A stretch of DNA of 64,000 nt from an uncultured Actinomycetes bacterium (GTDB lineage: Bacteria > Actinomycetota > Thermoleophilia > Solirubrobacterales > Solirubrobacteraceae). The stretch is taken from assembly GCA_963825415.1 (NCBI GenBank), contig CAWGTD010000009.1:196400-260399 (forward strand), given 5' to 3'. Of this stretch, positions 39,128-48,328 are shown in pieces. The position numbers were made by a program, and so were the translations under genes. Under the pieces are notes generated by a model. That model was not told the origin of the DNA and searched no databases. It worked only from the letters and a program-made list of their open reading frames with translations. The first letter of the stretch is position 1. The number at the start of each line of letters is the position of its first letter.

Positions 39128-42106
39128 GTGGCGGCGACGGTGCTGCAGCTGGGGGCACATCCCGACGACGAGGACACCGGGATGCTGGTCACGACCTCGA
39201 AGAGCTGGGGCGGGCGTGCGGTCTACTGGTCGGCGACGCGCGGCGAGGGAGGCCAGAACCGGCGCGGCCCGGAGAAGGAGGAGGCACTCGGTGTGGTGCG
39301 GACCTGGGAGAGCCTCCAGGCCCGCGAGCTCGACGGCGGCGAGGTCCTCTACGGCCCGTTCTACGACTACGGGTTCAGCAAGCACGGCGAGGACGCGCTG
39401 GCACGCTGGGGCCGGGAGGACGTGGTCCGCGAGATCGTGCGCGCGATCCGGCTGGTCCAGCCGCTGGTCGTGGTCTCGCGCTGGAACGGAGGGTCGGCCG
39501 ACGGTCACGGCCAGCATCAGGCCATCGGGCTGGTCGCCGACGAGGCGTTCGACCTGGCGGGCGACCCCTCCGCGTTCCCCGAGCTGGCCGAGCACGGGCT
39601 GGCGCCGTGGGAGCCGCAGAAGCTCTACCACTCGGTCGCCGGCGACTGGCAGCCCGGCGAGGCCTCCCACTTCGGCGAGATCGTTGACGAGTACGAGGCG
39701 GCGGGCTACCTCCGCGTGGCGACCGGCGCGCTCGACCCGGTGTCCGGGCTGACCTTCCAGCAGCAGGCCCACCTGGCGGTCAACCGGCACCGCTCCCAGG
39801 GCATGGGGTTCATCGCCGACCCTGGGCCGTACTACTACTACTACCGCCTGGTACGGACCCGCGGTGAGGACACCGGGCGCGAGGAGGGGTTCTACGACGG
39901 GTTCGATCCCACGCTCACCGGCCTTGCCGATCATCCCGGCGGCGGGTCGGAGCATCTGCGCGAACGCCTGGCCGTGGCGCGTTCGGCCGTCGAGCGCGCA
40001 TTCGAGACATTCCACCCTGCAAGGCCCGAGCCGGCCGGGCTGCTCGCTGCCGAGGGCGCCGGCGTCCTGCGCGAGCTGCGTGCCGAGCTCGACGACGAGA
40101 ACCTCGACGCCGACACCGTGGCGGCGCTCGACAGCTACCTGCTGACGCAAGGAGCGCGCCTTCGAGCAGGCTGCCGCGGCCTGCCTGGGGATCCACGCCG
40201 AGTGTGTCGTCGACCGCTCGCGCACGACCCCCGACCGCCCGGTCACCGTCCACGCACGCGTGTGGAACGGCGGAAGCCAGGAGGTCGAGGTCGTCCAGAG
40301 CGAGATCGGCGTCCCCGAGGGCTGGGCCGTCGAGTCCAAGGGCGGCAACGCGCAGGTGCCTGGGTGCACGGTGCCGTACGAATGCGTCTACGAGGTCCGG
40401 CCGCCCAAGCACGCCAGCGCTGTCGGTGCCGTACTGGCTGCGGCGACCGCGGACGCTGTACCGCTACGCCTGGCCCGACAGCGGCCCGCTCGGCCAGGCG
40501 GTCGACCCGCCGCTGGTGTCGTCGGTGGTCGAGCTGCGCGTCGGCGGCCACCTGTTGAGGCTGACCGCGCCCGGCGTGCACACCGACTCGTTCAGCGGCG
40601 GCTTTCGCCGTCTGCCGCTGGCGATGCTCCCGCCGGTCGCCGTCTCGCCCCGCAAGGAGCGCGAGCTGGTGCCCACCAGCATCGAGGAGACGATCCTCGA
40701 CCTCGCGGTGAACGTTCGCTGCATCGAGGACGACGGCGCCACGGCCACGCTGACCGTCGAGACACCCGAAGGGTGGACGGTCGAGCCCAGCGTGGTCACA
40801 CTCGAGCTGGACCCCGACGAGGTACGTGACGCTGCGCTTCGACGTGACGATCCCCGCCGGCGCGCCTCGCCGGCGAGCTACGAGATCTCCTACGAGGTCG
40901 ACTGCGATGGCCGCAGCTCGGGCTTCGACCTGGAGCCCGTGCGGCTGGCGGCCGAAGGAGTCCAAGGCCCGGCCGACGACACCAACTGCGCCGCCGAGGC
41001 CTTCCGCATCCGCCGCTCGAGCGTCGACGTCTCGCTCGTCGATGCCGTCTTCGTCAGCTCGCTGAAGCTCGGTTACGTCGAGGGCATGGAGGAGGAGATC
41101 CTCACGCTCGCTCGAGCGCTTCGGGCTCGACGTCACGCGCCTCTCGGACGAGGACCTGGCGTTCACCGATCTCGGGGTGTACGACGCCATCGTCGTGGGC
41201 CCCGACGCCTACAACGGCCGCGACGCGCTGCGCGAGTCCGCCCACCGGATGCTCTCCTACGTTTCCGACGGCGGCACGCTCGTGGTCCAGTACCAGACCT
41301 ACGGCTACGGCATCCCGGGCCTGACGCCCTATCCGTTCAGCTACCACCAGCCCCACGACCGCGTCACCGCGCCCGATGCCCCCGTCGAGCTGCTGGAACC
41401 CGACCACTGCCGCGATGCAATCGCCCAACCGGCTCGGCACCGCGGACTTCGAGGACTGGGTCCACGACCGCGGCCTGTACTTCTTCGGCGAGTGGGACAA
41501 GCACTACAAGCCGCTGCTCTCGGCGACCGAGCCGGAGGAGGAGCCGCGCGCCGGCGGCCTGCTGGTCGCGCATCACGGCAGGGGCACCTACGTCTACGCG
41601 GCGTACTCGTTCTTCCGGCAGATCCCCGCCGGCGTGCCCGGCGCGATCCGCCTGTTCGCCAACCTGGTGGGGCTGGCGGAGGCGCGGCTTCGCACCCGCA
41701 CGTCATCTGCTGCGCACGCTGCCGGTCATGGATCCGCTTGTCGGACGCCGAGCTCGAGGAGCTCGCGCATGCGACCTCGGAGCACACCGCCCACGCCGGC
41801 GAATACCTGACCCGCCAGGGCGAGCTGGGAACGGACCTGTACGTCCTGCTGGACGGCACGCTCGAGGTCGTCGACGAGCGGGCCGAGGGCCAGCCGATCC
41901 TCGGGCTGATCGAGCCCGTCGACTCGGTCGGCGAGATCGCGGCCCTCGGGCACATGCCCCACACGGCCAGCCTGCGCGCCAGGACCGACGCCACGGTGCT
42001 GGTCCTCGGCGGCGACGAACTGGACGGCTGGCTGCATCGCCATCCAGAAATCGCCGCACGGCTGATCATTCGCGTCATGATCCGCATGATGGGACGGGAG
42101 CGGTGA
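39128..42106 (+). pseudogene. Giant LmbE/PIG-L family deacetylase-like gene (LmbE domain, NEW3-like beta-sandwich repeats, ThuA/GATase1-like domain) apparently running into a cNMP-binding domain; at least eight frame breaks as given
   Basis: The LmbE domain reads LQLGAHPDDEDTGML..ATRGEGGQN..HGQHQA (frame 2, 39128..~40150). The NEW3-like repeats read VPEGWAVES..YEV and TPEGWTVEPS..VTLRFDVTIPAG..YEISYEV. The C-terminal domain reads YDAIVVGPDAYNGR..GGTLVVQYQ..SPNRLGTADFEDWVHDRGLYFFGEWD..GAIRLFANLVGL. Sense changes frame at ~40150, ~40418, ~40825, ~40866, ~41108, ~41410, ~41685 and ~41740. The pieces lie in track ORFs 39128..40558, 40260..40829, 40204..42114, 40826..41065, 41177..42106 and 41376..41810. 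Confidence 0.65.
41698..42106 (+). other. Cyclic nucleotide-binding (CAP effector-type) domain segment: either the C-terminal domain of the giant LmbE gene or a separate small gene (possible TTG start at 41738)
   Basis: ARHLLRTLPVMDPL (frame 1) joins to LSDAELEELAHATSEHTAHAGEYLTRQGELGTDLYVLLDGTLEVV..VGEIAALGHMPHTASLRARTDATVLVL (frame 2). This is the classic cNMP-binding beta-roll pattern. There is no stop or start codon between the LmbE-gene tail and this segment in the relevant frames. Confidence 0.55.
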
Positions 42107-42110
42107 GCCT

Positions 42111-43268
42111 GTGAGCCTGAAGGTGGGGGTGCTGTGCCACGACGGGGTCGGCGGCAGTGCGCGCGTTGCGGTCGAGCTCGGCGCGGCGCTCGCGCAGCGT
42201 GGGCACGAGATCCATCTCTTCGCGCGCCGGGCGCCGCTGGGCATGAGCGAGCCGCCGCAGGGCGTGGAGTTCCACACCCTCGACGGCGGCCGTGGCGCGC
42301 GGCGGATCACCCCGCGGCTGGACGCCGACTGGTCGCCGGAGGGAATCGACGCGCTCGCCCGCCGGGTCGCGTCGGTGGGCAAGGCGGTCGGCCTCGACAT
42401 CCTGCACTTCCATTACGCCGTGCCGTTCGCGGCGGTGGCCCTGCGGGTCGAGCGGACGCTCGGCTCGGCCGCGCCCGCCCTGATCGGCACCCTGCACGGC
42501 ACCGACGTCAGCGTCCTGGGACGCCGCCCCGCCACCCGCCGCGAGCTGTCGGCCATGCTCCCGGGGATCGACGCGCTGACCACCGTCTCGCACAGCCACG
42601 CCGAGTTGGCGACGCGCACGTTCCGGCTCGCCGAGGCGCCGCAGGTGATCCCGAACTTCGTCGACGTCGACCGGTTCCGCCCGCGGCCGGCCGGCGATCC
42701 CAACCCGCGCCCGCGTGTGGTGCACGTGTCGAACTTCCGCCAGGTCAAGCAGCCGCTGGCGATGGCGCGCATCTTCAGGACCGTCCGCCGGACCAGCGAC
42801 GCCGAGCTGTGGCTGGTGGGCGACGGCGAGGGGATGGCGCCGGTGCGCTCGCTGCTCGACCGGGCCGACCTGATGGGCGACACGCGGCTGTTCGGCCTGC
42901 GGCTCGACGTCGACCAGATCCTGCCCGAGGCCGACGTCCTGCTGGTGACGAGCCGCGCCGAGAGCTTCTGCGTGGCGGCGCTCGAGGCGGCGGCGTGCGG
43001 GCTTCCGGTCGTGGCGCCGAGCGTCGGCGGGCTTCCGGAGACGGTGACGGACGGGCAGACCGGCGAGCTCTACGAGCCGCGCGACGAGGCCGGCGCTGCA
43101 CGTGCCCTCGATCGGCTCCTGACCGACGACGAGGCCCGGGCGCTGATGGGCGCGGCGGCGGTGACCCACGCGCATCGGCTCTCGACCGCCGAGGTCGTAC
43201 CGCGCTATGTCGAGCTCTACCGCGACGTGCTGGCATCCCACGACCTCGAGGTCAGCCCCGCGGCCTAG
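42111..43268 (+). CDS. bshA: N-acetyl-alpha-D-glucosaminyl L-malate synthase-like GT4 glycosyltransferase (BshA-like)
   Basis: Intact 385-aa ORF that aligns by eye along its whole length with Bacillus BshA as I remember it: VGVLCHDGVGGSARVAVELGAALAQRGHEIH, DILHFHYAVP, IGTLHGTDVSVLG, LTTVSHS, VIPNFVDVDRF, VVHVSNFRQVK, LVGDGEG, ESFCVAALEAAACGLPVVAPSVGGLPETV..GQTG. Confidence 0.75.
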   Translation: MSLKVGVLCHDGVGGSARVAVELGAALAQRGHEIHLFARRAPLGMSEPPQGVEFHTLDGGRGARRITPRLDADWSPEGIDALARRVASVGKAVGLDILHFHYAVPFAAVALRVERTLGSAAPALIGTLHGTDVSVLGRRPATRRELSAMLPGIDALTTVSHSHAELATRTFRLAEAPQVIPNFVDVDRFRPRPAGDPNPRPRVVHVSNFRQVKQPLAMARIFRTVRRTSDAELWLVGDGEGMAPVRSLLDRADLMGDTRLFGLRLDVDQILPEADVLLVTSRAESFCVAALEAAACGLPVVAPSVGGLPETVTDGQTGELYEPRDEAGAARALDRLLTDDEARALMGAAAVTHAHRLSTAEVVPRYVELYRDVLASHDLEVSPAA

Positions 43269-43272
43269 GACG

Positions 43273-44436
43273 ATGCGCTCGCTCCCCGACCTGCTCGCCG
43301 ACCCCGCCGGCGTCGCGTTCCTCGAGGAGCACGGCACCTACGTCGACAGCTCCGCGTTCGCCGCGGCGCTGAGGCCGCCCGAGAGCGACGGGCTGACGTC
43401 GCTGCTCGGGCTCGAGGCCGACTGCCGCCCGGTCTACGTCGGCCAGCAGGTCTGCGCCGACATGCGCGCCGCGACCGCGGCGAAGTTCGAGGCCGCGCGG
43501 GCGGTCGCCGACCGCCACGGCGTGACGCCCGTGCTGCTGTGGCACGACATGGACAGCACGGAGACCGAGCGCTACGGCGCCCGGCTGGTGCTGCCCAGCC
43601 GCAAGCGCGAGCGTGGCGTCTGGCTGATCAGCCGCGAGCTCGAGGACCACGAGCCGCGGTTCATCCCGATCGATCGCGAGCGGCTGCAGACGGTGATCGA
43701 CGACGTGGCGAGCTGGCTGCGCGGCTCGGGCGTGGTCGACAAGCGCGACGCCAAGGCGCGCATGGAGCAGCTCGCCGCCGCCCTGCTCGACGAGGAGATC
43801 GCGACGCTCGCCGACGCCAACCGGGCGATCGCGACGCTGCTGCTGCGCGAGGAGCTCGCTTTCGTCGCGCCCACGGCGTACGCGTCGGAGATGGTCGCCC
43901 AGGGCCTGTTGATCGACTCGGTCGTCGAGTACATCGCCGCGGTCGACGACGTCGTGCGCGTGTTCAACGAGTCGATCGACCGCCTGGTCGCTGACGAGAT
44001 CGACCCGCAGGTGCGCCCGCTGCGCTCCGACTACCTGCCGGTGCGGTTCTCGTGCCCGCTCGAGGGGACCCGATTGCGGTTGTCGCGCGAGCTGCGCGGC
44101 GAGACGGTCATGGCGACCGCGACGTGCCGCTGCGGCACGCACTACGAGTTCGACCTCGGCGTCGGCGGGACGGGCCTCGGGGAGCTCGGCGCCACGGGCC
44201 GCTGGAGCATCGACGTCTCGATGCCGGTCCACCACAACGATCTGGCAAGCGGCTGGGTCGCCGGCCGCAGCGGCGCGCTCTACGGCCTCGTCTTCAACGA
44301 GGTGCTCGAGCGCGTCTTCGGCCGTCGGCCGATCCCGGCGCTGGTGCCGGGCGAGCTCGCCGACCAGGCGGACGGAAGCACCCTGCTGGTCCGCTGGCTC
44401 ACGGCGGGCCGCGTGGGCGAATTCGCCACGACGTGA
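43273..44436 (+). CDS. BshC-like protein, short form (putative cysteine-adding enzyme homologue lacking the C-terminal coiled-coil region)
   Basis: Intact 387-aa ORF starting 4 nt after the bshA stop. It has three BshC-like motifs in the expected order and spacing. VYVGQQ at aa 55-59 corresponds to GGQQ. PVLLWHDMDSTE at aa 86-97 corresponds to PIFWVAGEDHDLDE. RWSIDVSMPVHHNDLASGWVAGRSGALYG at aa 310-338 corresponds to RFSNNVVTRPLMQE..AFIAGPGEINYW. It also carries a Cys cluster (FSCPLEG..ATCRCGTHYEF). Confidence 0.5.
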   Translation: MRSLPDLLADPAGVAFLEEHGTYVDSSAFAAALRPPESDGLTSLLGLEADCRPVYVGQQVCADMRAATAAKFEAARAVADRHGVTPVLLWHDMDSTETERYGARLVLPSRKRERGVWLISRELEDHEPRFIPIDRERLQTVIDDVASWLRGSGVVDKRDAKARMEQLAAALLDEEIATLADANRAIATLLLREELAFVAPTAYASEMVAQGLLIDSVVEYIAAVDDVVRVFNESIDRLVADEIDPQVRPLRSDYLPVRFSCPLEGTRLRLSRELRGETVMATATCRCGTHYEFDLGVGGTGLGELGATGRWSIDVSMPVHHNDLASGWVAGRSGALYGLVFNEVLERVFGRRPIPALVPGELADQADGSTLLVRWLTAGRVGEFATT

Positions 44437-45167
44437 CCGAGCCGGCCGACCTCCTCGCGATCGGCGCCCATCCCGACGACGTCGAGATGGCCTGCGGTGG
44501 CGCGCTGGCCCTCGCGACCGCCGCCGGGCATCGCGTCGTCGTCGCCGATCTGACCGGCGGCGAGATGTCGACGGCCGGCACGCCCGAGCAGCGCCGGCGC
44601 GAGCGCGACCGGGCCAGCGAGGTGCTCGGGCTCGCCGGGCGCGTGGCGCTGGACCTTCCGGACGCCGCGCTGGGCAGCGAGCCCGCCCACCGCGAGGCGC
44701 TCGTGGCCCTGCTGCGCGAGCTGCGGCCGAGGATCGTGCTCGCCCCGCACACGGACGACCGCCACCCCGACCATGCGGCGACCGGCCGGCTGGTGCGCGA
44801 GGCGGCCTTCCTCGCCGGGGTCGAGAAGGTGGGCACGGGCGCGCCGCACCGCCCCACGCGCCTCTACCACTACCTCATGCACCACACGGTCGAGCCGACG
44901 TTCGTGCTCGACGTGTCCGACGTCTGGGAGCGCCGGATGGAGTCCGTGCGCGCGTACGAGAGCCAGTTCGGCGCGCCGGCGGGCGAGGCCTCGACGGAGA
45001 TCGGCGAGCCCGCCTTCCTGGAGATGATCGCCGCGCGCGCCGTCGTCTACGGCGCGATGGTCGGCGTCGAGCGTGGCGAGCCGTACGTCACGGTCGGCCC
45101 GCTGCTCGCTACGGGGCTTCCCGGGCTGGGCGACGACCGCCCGCCGCGCTATCGGGCGTATCTCTAG
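44433..45167 (+). CDS. bshB: LmbE/PIG-L family N-acetylglucosaminyl-malate deacetylase-like protein (BshB1-like)
   Basis: GTG 44433 forms a GTGA overlap with the preceding stop. The 244-aa product has LAIGAHPDDVEMACGGALA, DLTGGEMSTAGTPEQRRRE, DRHPDHAATGRLV and a YESQF tail, resembling the BshB1 class. Confidence 0.7.
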   Translation: MTEPADLLAIGAHPDDVEMACGGALALATAAGHRVVVADLTGGEMSTAGTPEQRRRERDRASEVLGLAGRVALDLPDAALGSEPAHREALVALLRELRPRIVLAPHTDDRHPDHAATGRLVREAAFLAGVEKVGTGAPHRPTRLYHYLMHHTVEPTFVLDVSDVWERRMESVRAYESQFGAPAGEASTEIGEPAFLEMIAARAVVYGAMVGVERGEPYVTVGPLLATGLPGLGDDRPPRYRAYL

Positions 45168-46374
45168 ACGGCTCGCGCAGGCCCGGCACGAGGTAGAGCA
45201 GCGCCAGGGTCGTACCGCCGCCGAGCACGCCGGCCAGCACGAACGTGGCCTTGATCCCGATCGCCGCGGCCACGGGCGCGGTGAGCGCGAACGAGACGGG
45301 CGTCAGCCCGATCGAGACGAACCAGTCCAGGCTCGAGACCCGCCCGCGCAGGTCCTGCGGGACGCGCGTCTGCATGAGCGTGCTCCACACCACCGTGCCG
45401 ATGGCCATCGGGGCGCCCACGACGAAGCCGAGCAGCATCAGCTGCCAGAGCCCCGTCGTGAACCCGTAGACCGCCAGCGGCAGCGTTCCCAGCCCCCACC
45501 AGAGGTAGAGGAAGTTCATCGGCCGGCCCGGCATGCCCTCGCGTCGGCTCATCCACAGCGCGCCGCTCATCCAGCCGAGGCCGAGCGCGCCGAGGAAGAG
45601 GCCGAACGCCCCCGCGCCCGAGTGCAGGACGTTCTTGACGTGGTAGGGGACGAGCACCTCGGCCGGCCCGTAGAAGCACAACAGCGACACCGACGCGGCC
45701 ACGAGCGTGGCCCACAACCACGTCTGCCCGCGCACGTAGCGCAGGCCGTCGCGCAGCTCGCCGAACATCGAGCCGTCCTCTCGCGTCGGCTGCTCGCGCA
45801 CGCGCATCGCCGCCAGGCAGGCGAACGAGATCGCGAACGTGCCGCCGTCGAGCAGGAAGCCCTCGCCCGGGCCGAACGTCCCGACGACGATGCCGCCGAT
45901 CACCGGCCCGGCGATCCGCGTCGTCAGCGGCCGCACGAAGTGCTCCAGCGAGTTGGCCTGGACGAGCTGCTCGGCGGGGAGCAGGTCGGCCACCAGCGGG
46001 CCGAGAGCCGGGTAGTGAAACGCCTCGGCGGCGCCGAAGAAGGCGACCAGCACCGCGAGCTCCCACAGCTCGAGGTGCCCCGAGACCGAGAGCACGCCGA
46101 GCAGGACCATGATCGCGGTGCGGACCGCATCGGAGGCCATCAGCACCCGGCGGCGCGACAGCCGGTCGGACGCCAGGCCGGCGATCGGCAGGCTGAGGAC
46201 CATCCCGGCCGTGAAGGTCACGCCGACCAGCGCCAGCGCACTCGGCCGGTTGTCGAGCTCATAGGCCTGAAAGGCGAGCGCGACGAGGTAGATGCCGTCG
46301 CCGAGCGTGGACACGGCCAATCCCGCCCAGAGCAGGGCGAAGTCCCGCTCGCGCAGGGGGCGGAGCATCTGCAC
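45109..46374 (-). CDS. MFS transporter (EntS/MFS_3-like)
   Basis: Intact 421-aa ORF with 12 predicted TM segments, N-terminal [20 protein letters not shown] and a loop 2-3 motif [12 protein letters not shown]. Confidence 0.85.
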   Translation of the reverse strand: MQMLRPLRERDFALLWAGLAVSTLGDGIYLVALAFQAYELDNRPSALALVGVTFTAGMVLSLPIAGLASDRLSRRRVLMASDAVRTAIMVLLGVLSVSGHLELWELAVLVAFFGAAEAFHYPALGPLVADLLPAEQLVQANSLEHFVRPLTTRIAGPVIGGIVVGTFGPGEGFLLDGGTFAISFACLAAMRVREQPTREDGSMFGELRDGLRYVRGQTWLWATLVAASVSLLCFYGPAEVLVPYHVKNVLHSGAGAFGLFLGALGLGWMSGALWMSRREGMPGRPMNFLYLWWGLGTLPLAVYGFTTGLWQLMLLGFVVGAPMAIGTVVWSTLMQTRVPQDLRGRVSSLDWFVSIGLTPVSFALTAPVAAAIGIKATFVLAGVLGGGTTLALLYLVPGLREPSRDTPDSAAGGRRPAREAP

Positions 46375-46394
46375 GGGGCTATGGTGCCACGGCC

Positions 46395-46958
46395 ATGCTC
46401 ATCGCCATCGACGGGCCCGCGGGCGCGGGGAAGTCCACGGTCGCCCGGTCCGTCGCCGAGGCGCTGGGCTGGACGTACCTCGACTCCGGCGCGATGTACC
46501 GCTGCGTGGCGCTGGCCGGCGGGCGGGACCTCGATTCGCTCGAGATCGCCTTCGACGGCGACCGCGTGCTGCTCGACGGCCGCGACGTCAGCGAGGCGAT
46601 CCGCACGCCCGAGATCGCCCAGGAAGCGTCCCGCCGTGCCACCGATCCGGCGGTGCGGGCCGCAATGGTCGCGCGCCAGCGCGCACTGATCGCCGACGGC
46701 GACTGGGTCGCCGAGGGGCGCGACATCGGCACCGTCGTCGCGCCCGACGCCGAGCTGAAGGTCTGGCTGACCGCTTCGCTTCAAGAGCGCGCGCGCCGCC
46801 GCGAGGAGCCGACCGAGGCGGTCGCCGAGCGCGACGAGCGCGACGAGCGCCGCGAGGCCAGCCCGATGGTCCGCGCGGCCGACGCCATCGAGGTCGACAC
46901 CACCGGCCTGACGATCGACGAGGTCGTGCGGCGGATCGTGGAGCTGGTGCCGCGATGA
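46395..46958 (+). CDS. cmk: Cytidylate kinase
   Basis: Intact 187-aa ORF with the P-loop [21 protein letters not shown] and EGRDIGTVV. Confidence 0.93.
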   Translation: MLIAIDGPAGAGKSTVARSVAEALGWTYLDSGAMYRCVALAGGRDLDSLEIAFDGDRVLLDGRDVSEAIRTPEIAQEASRRATDPAVRAAMVARQRALIADGDWVAEGRDIGTVVAPDAELKVWLTASLQERARRREEPTEAVAERDERDERREASPMVRAADAIEVDTTGLTIDEVVRRIVELVPR

Positions 46959-48328
46959 AGGTCGCAGTCGTCGGCTATCCGAACGTCGGCAAGAGCTCGC
47001 TGGTCAACCGGCTGTCGGGCTCGCGCACCGCGGTCGTCCACGAGCGGCCGGGGATCACACGTGACCGCAACGAGGTCCCGTGCGAGTGGAACGGGCGCAC
47101 GTTCACGCTGATCGACACCGGCGGCGTCGACCAGACCGACCTCGATCCGATCTCGGGCTCGATCCGCGATCAGGCCCGCGCGGCCCTGGCCGATGCCGAG
47201 GTCGCGCTGCTGGTCGTCGACGCCCGCGCCGGCATGCGCCCCGGCGACCAGGAGATCGCCGACCTGCTGCGGAGGGCCGGAAAGCCCGTGCTCGTCGCAG
47301 CCAACAAGATCGACGCGGTCGGCGACATCCCTTCGGCCGCCGAGTTCTACGGGCTCGGCCTCGGCGACCCGATCGCCGTGTCGGCCGCGCAGGGGCTGGG
47401 GACCGGCGACCTGCTCGACCGTGTGGTGGAGCTGCTGCCCGAAGGCGATGGCGACGCGGCCGACGACGACGTCATCCGCCTGGCGATCATCGGCCGGCCG
47501 AACGTCGGCAAGAGCTCGCTGGTCAACAGGTTTTTGGGCGCCGAGCGGGTGATCGTCTCCGAGGTCGCCGGCACCACCCGCGACGCGATCGACATGCCGT
47601 TGGTTCTCGACGGCCGCCGGCTCGTGCTCGTCGACACCGCCGGCCTGCGCCGCCAGGCCAAGGTCTCCGAATCGGTCGAGTACTACACCGCGCTGCGCTC
47701 CCAGCGCGCGGCCGAGCGCGCCGACGTCGCGCTCGTGGTCTGCGACGCCACCGCCGGCGTGACCAGCCAGGACCTGCGGATCGCCGAGCTCGCGATGCGC
47801 AGCGACTGCGCGACGATGCTGGTGCTCAACAAGTGGGACGTCTTCGACGGCGACGAGGCCGACCTCGACCACGAGCGTGCCCGCGTCGCGCAGAAGCTGC
47901 GGCTGCGCCCGCGGGTGCTGACCGCCAGCGCGGCCAGCGGTCGCAACATCTCGCGGCTGCTGACCGAGGCGATCACCCTCGGTGACCGCATGCACCAGCG
48001 CATCCCGACGCCCGAGCTCAATCGCTTCCTGAGCGAGGTGGTGCAGGCGCGCCAGCCGCCCGCCGTCCGCGGCCACAGGCTGCGGATGCTCTACATGGCC
48101 CAGGTCGGCACGCGGCCGCCACGGTTCGCGATCTCGGTCAACAGCCGGACGCGCGTCACCCGCGATTACGCCTATTTCCTGGAGAATCGGCTGCGCGCCC
48201 GCTACGGCATGGACGGTGTGCCGCTGGTCATCGATTTCAACGAGCGGCGCGAGCGGCGCGGCGGGGTACCCGCGCGCGGAGGCGGTGGTCCCCGCTACCC
48301 TGACCGACCTCATGACCCAGTTCGCTGA
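46955..48328 (+). CDS. der: Ribosome biogenesis GTPase Der (EngA), double GTPase
   Basis: ATG 46955 forms an ATGA overlap with the cmk stop. It has two G domains ([14 protein letters not shown] / DTGG / NKID and [14 protein letters not shown] / DTAG / NKWD) plus a KH-like C-terminus. The last ~20 aa (Gly/Arg/Pro-rich) overlap metK by 17 nt, so the exact 3' end is uncertain. Confidence 0.92.
   Translation: MKVAVVGYPNVGKSSLVNRLSGSRTAVVHERPGITRDRNEVPCEWNGRTFTLIDTGGVDQTDLDPISGSIRDQARAALADAEVALLVVDARAGMRPGDQEIADLLRRAGKPVLVAANKIDAVGDIPSAAEFYGLGLGDPIAVSAAQGLGTGDLLDRVVELLPEGDGDAADDDVIRLAIIGRPNVGKSSLVNRFLGAERVIVSEVAGTTRDAIDMPLVLDGRRLVLVDTAGLRRQAKVSESVEYYTALRSQRAAERADVALVVCDATAGVTSQDLRIAELAMRSDCATMLVLNKWDVFDGDEADLDHERARVAQKLRLRPRVLTASAASGRNISRLLTEAITLGDRMHQRIPTPELNRFLSEVVQARQPPAVRGHRLRMLYMAQVGTRPPRFAISVNSRTRVTRDYAYFLENRLRARYGMDGVPLVIDFNERRERRGGVPARGGGGPRYPDRPHDPVR

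Noticed and set aside
42104-42119. Tandem 8-nt duplication, TGAGCCTG-TGAGCCTG, at the junction of the cNMP-domain stop (TGA 42104-42106) and the bshA GTG start (42111).
   Set aside because: It is too short to distinguish from chance. It is noted only because it coincides with the point beyond which no more frame breaks are seen.
48229-48328. The Gly/Arg/Pro-rich C-terminal ~25 aa of Der overlapping the metK start, and the similar Arg/Gly-rich tail of FtsW (6420-6517) overlapping murG, considered as further frameshifts.
   Set aside because: I could not identify a better-looking continuation in another frame. They are left as uncertain 3' ends rather than counted as frame breaks.
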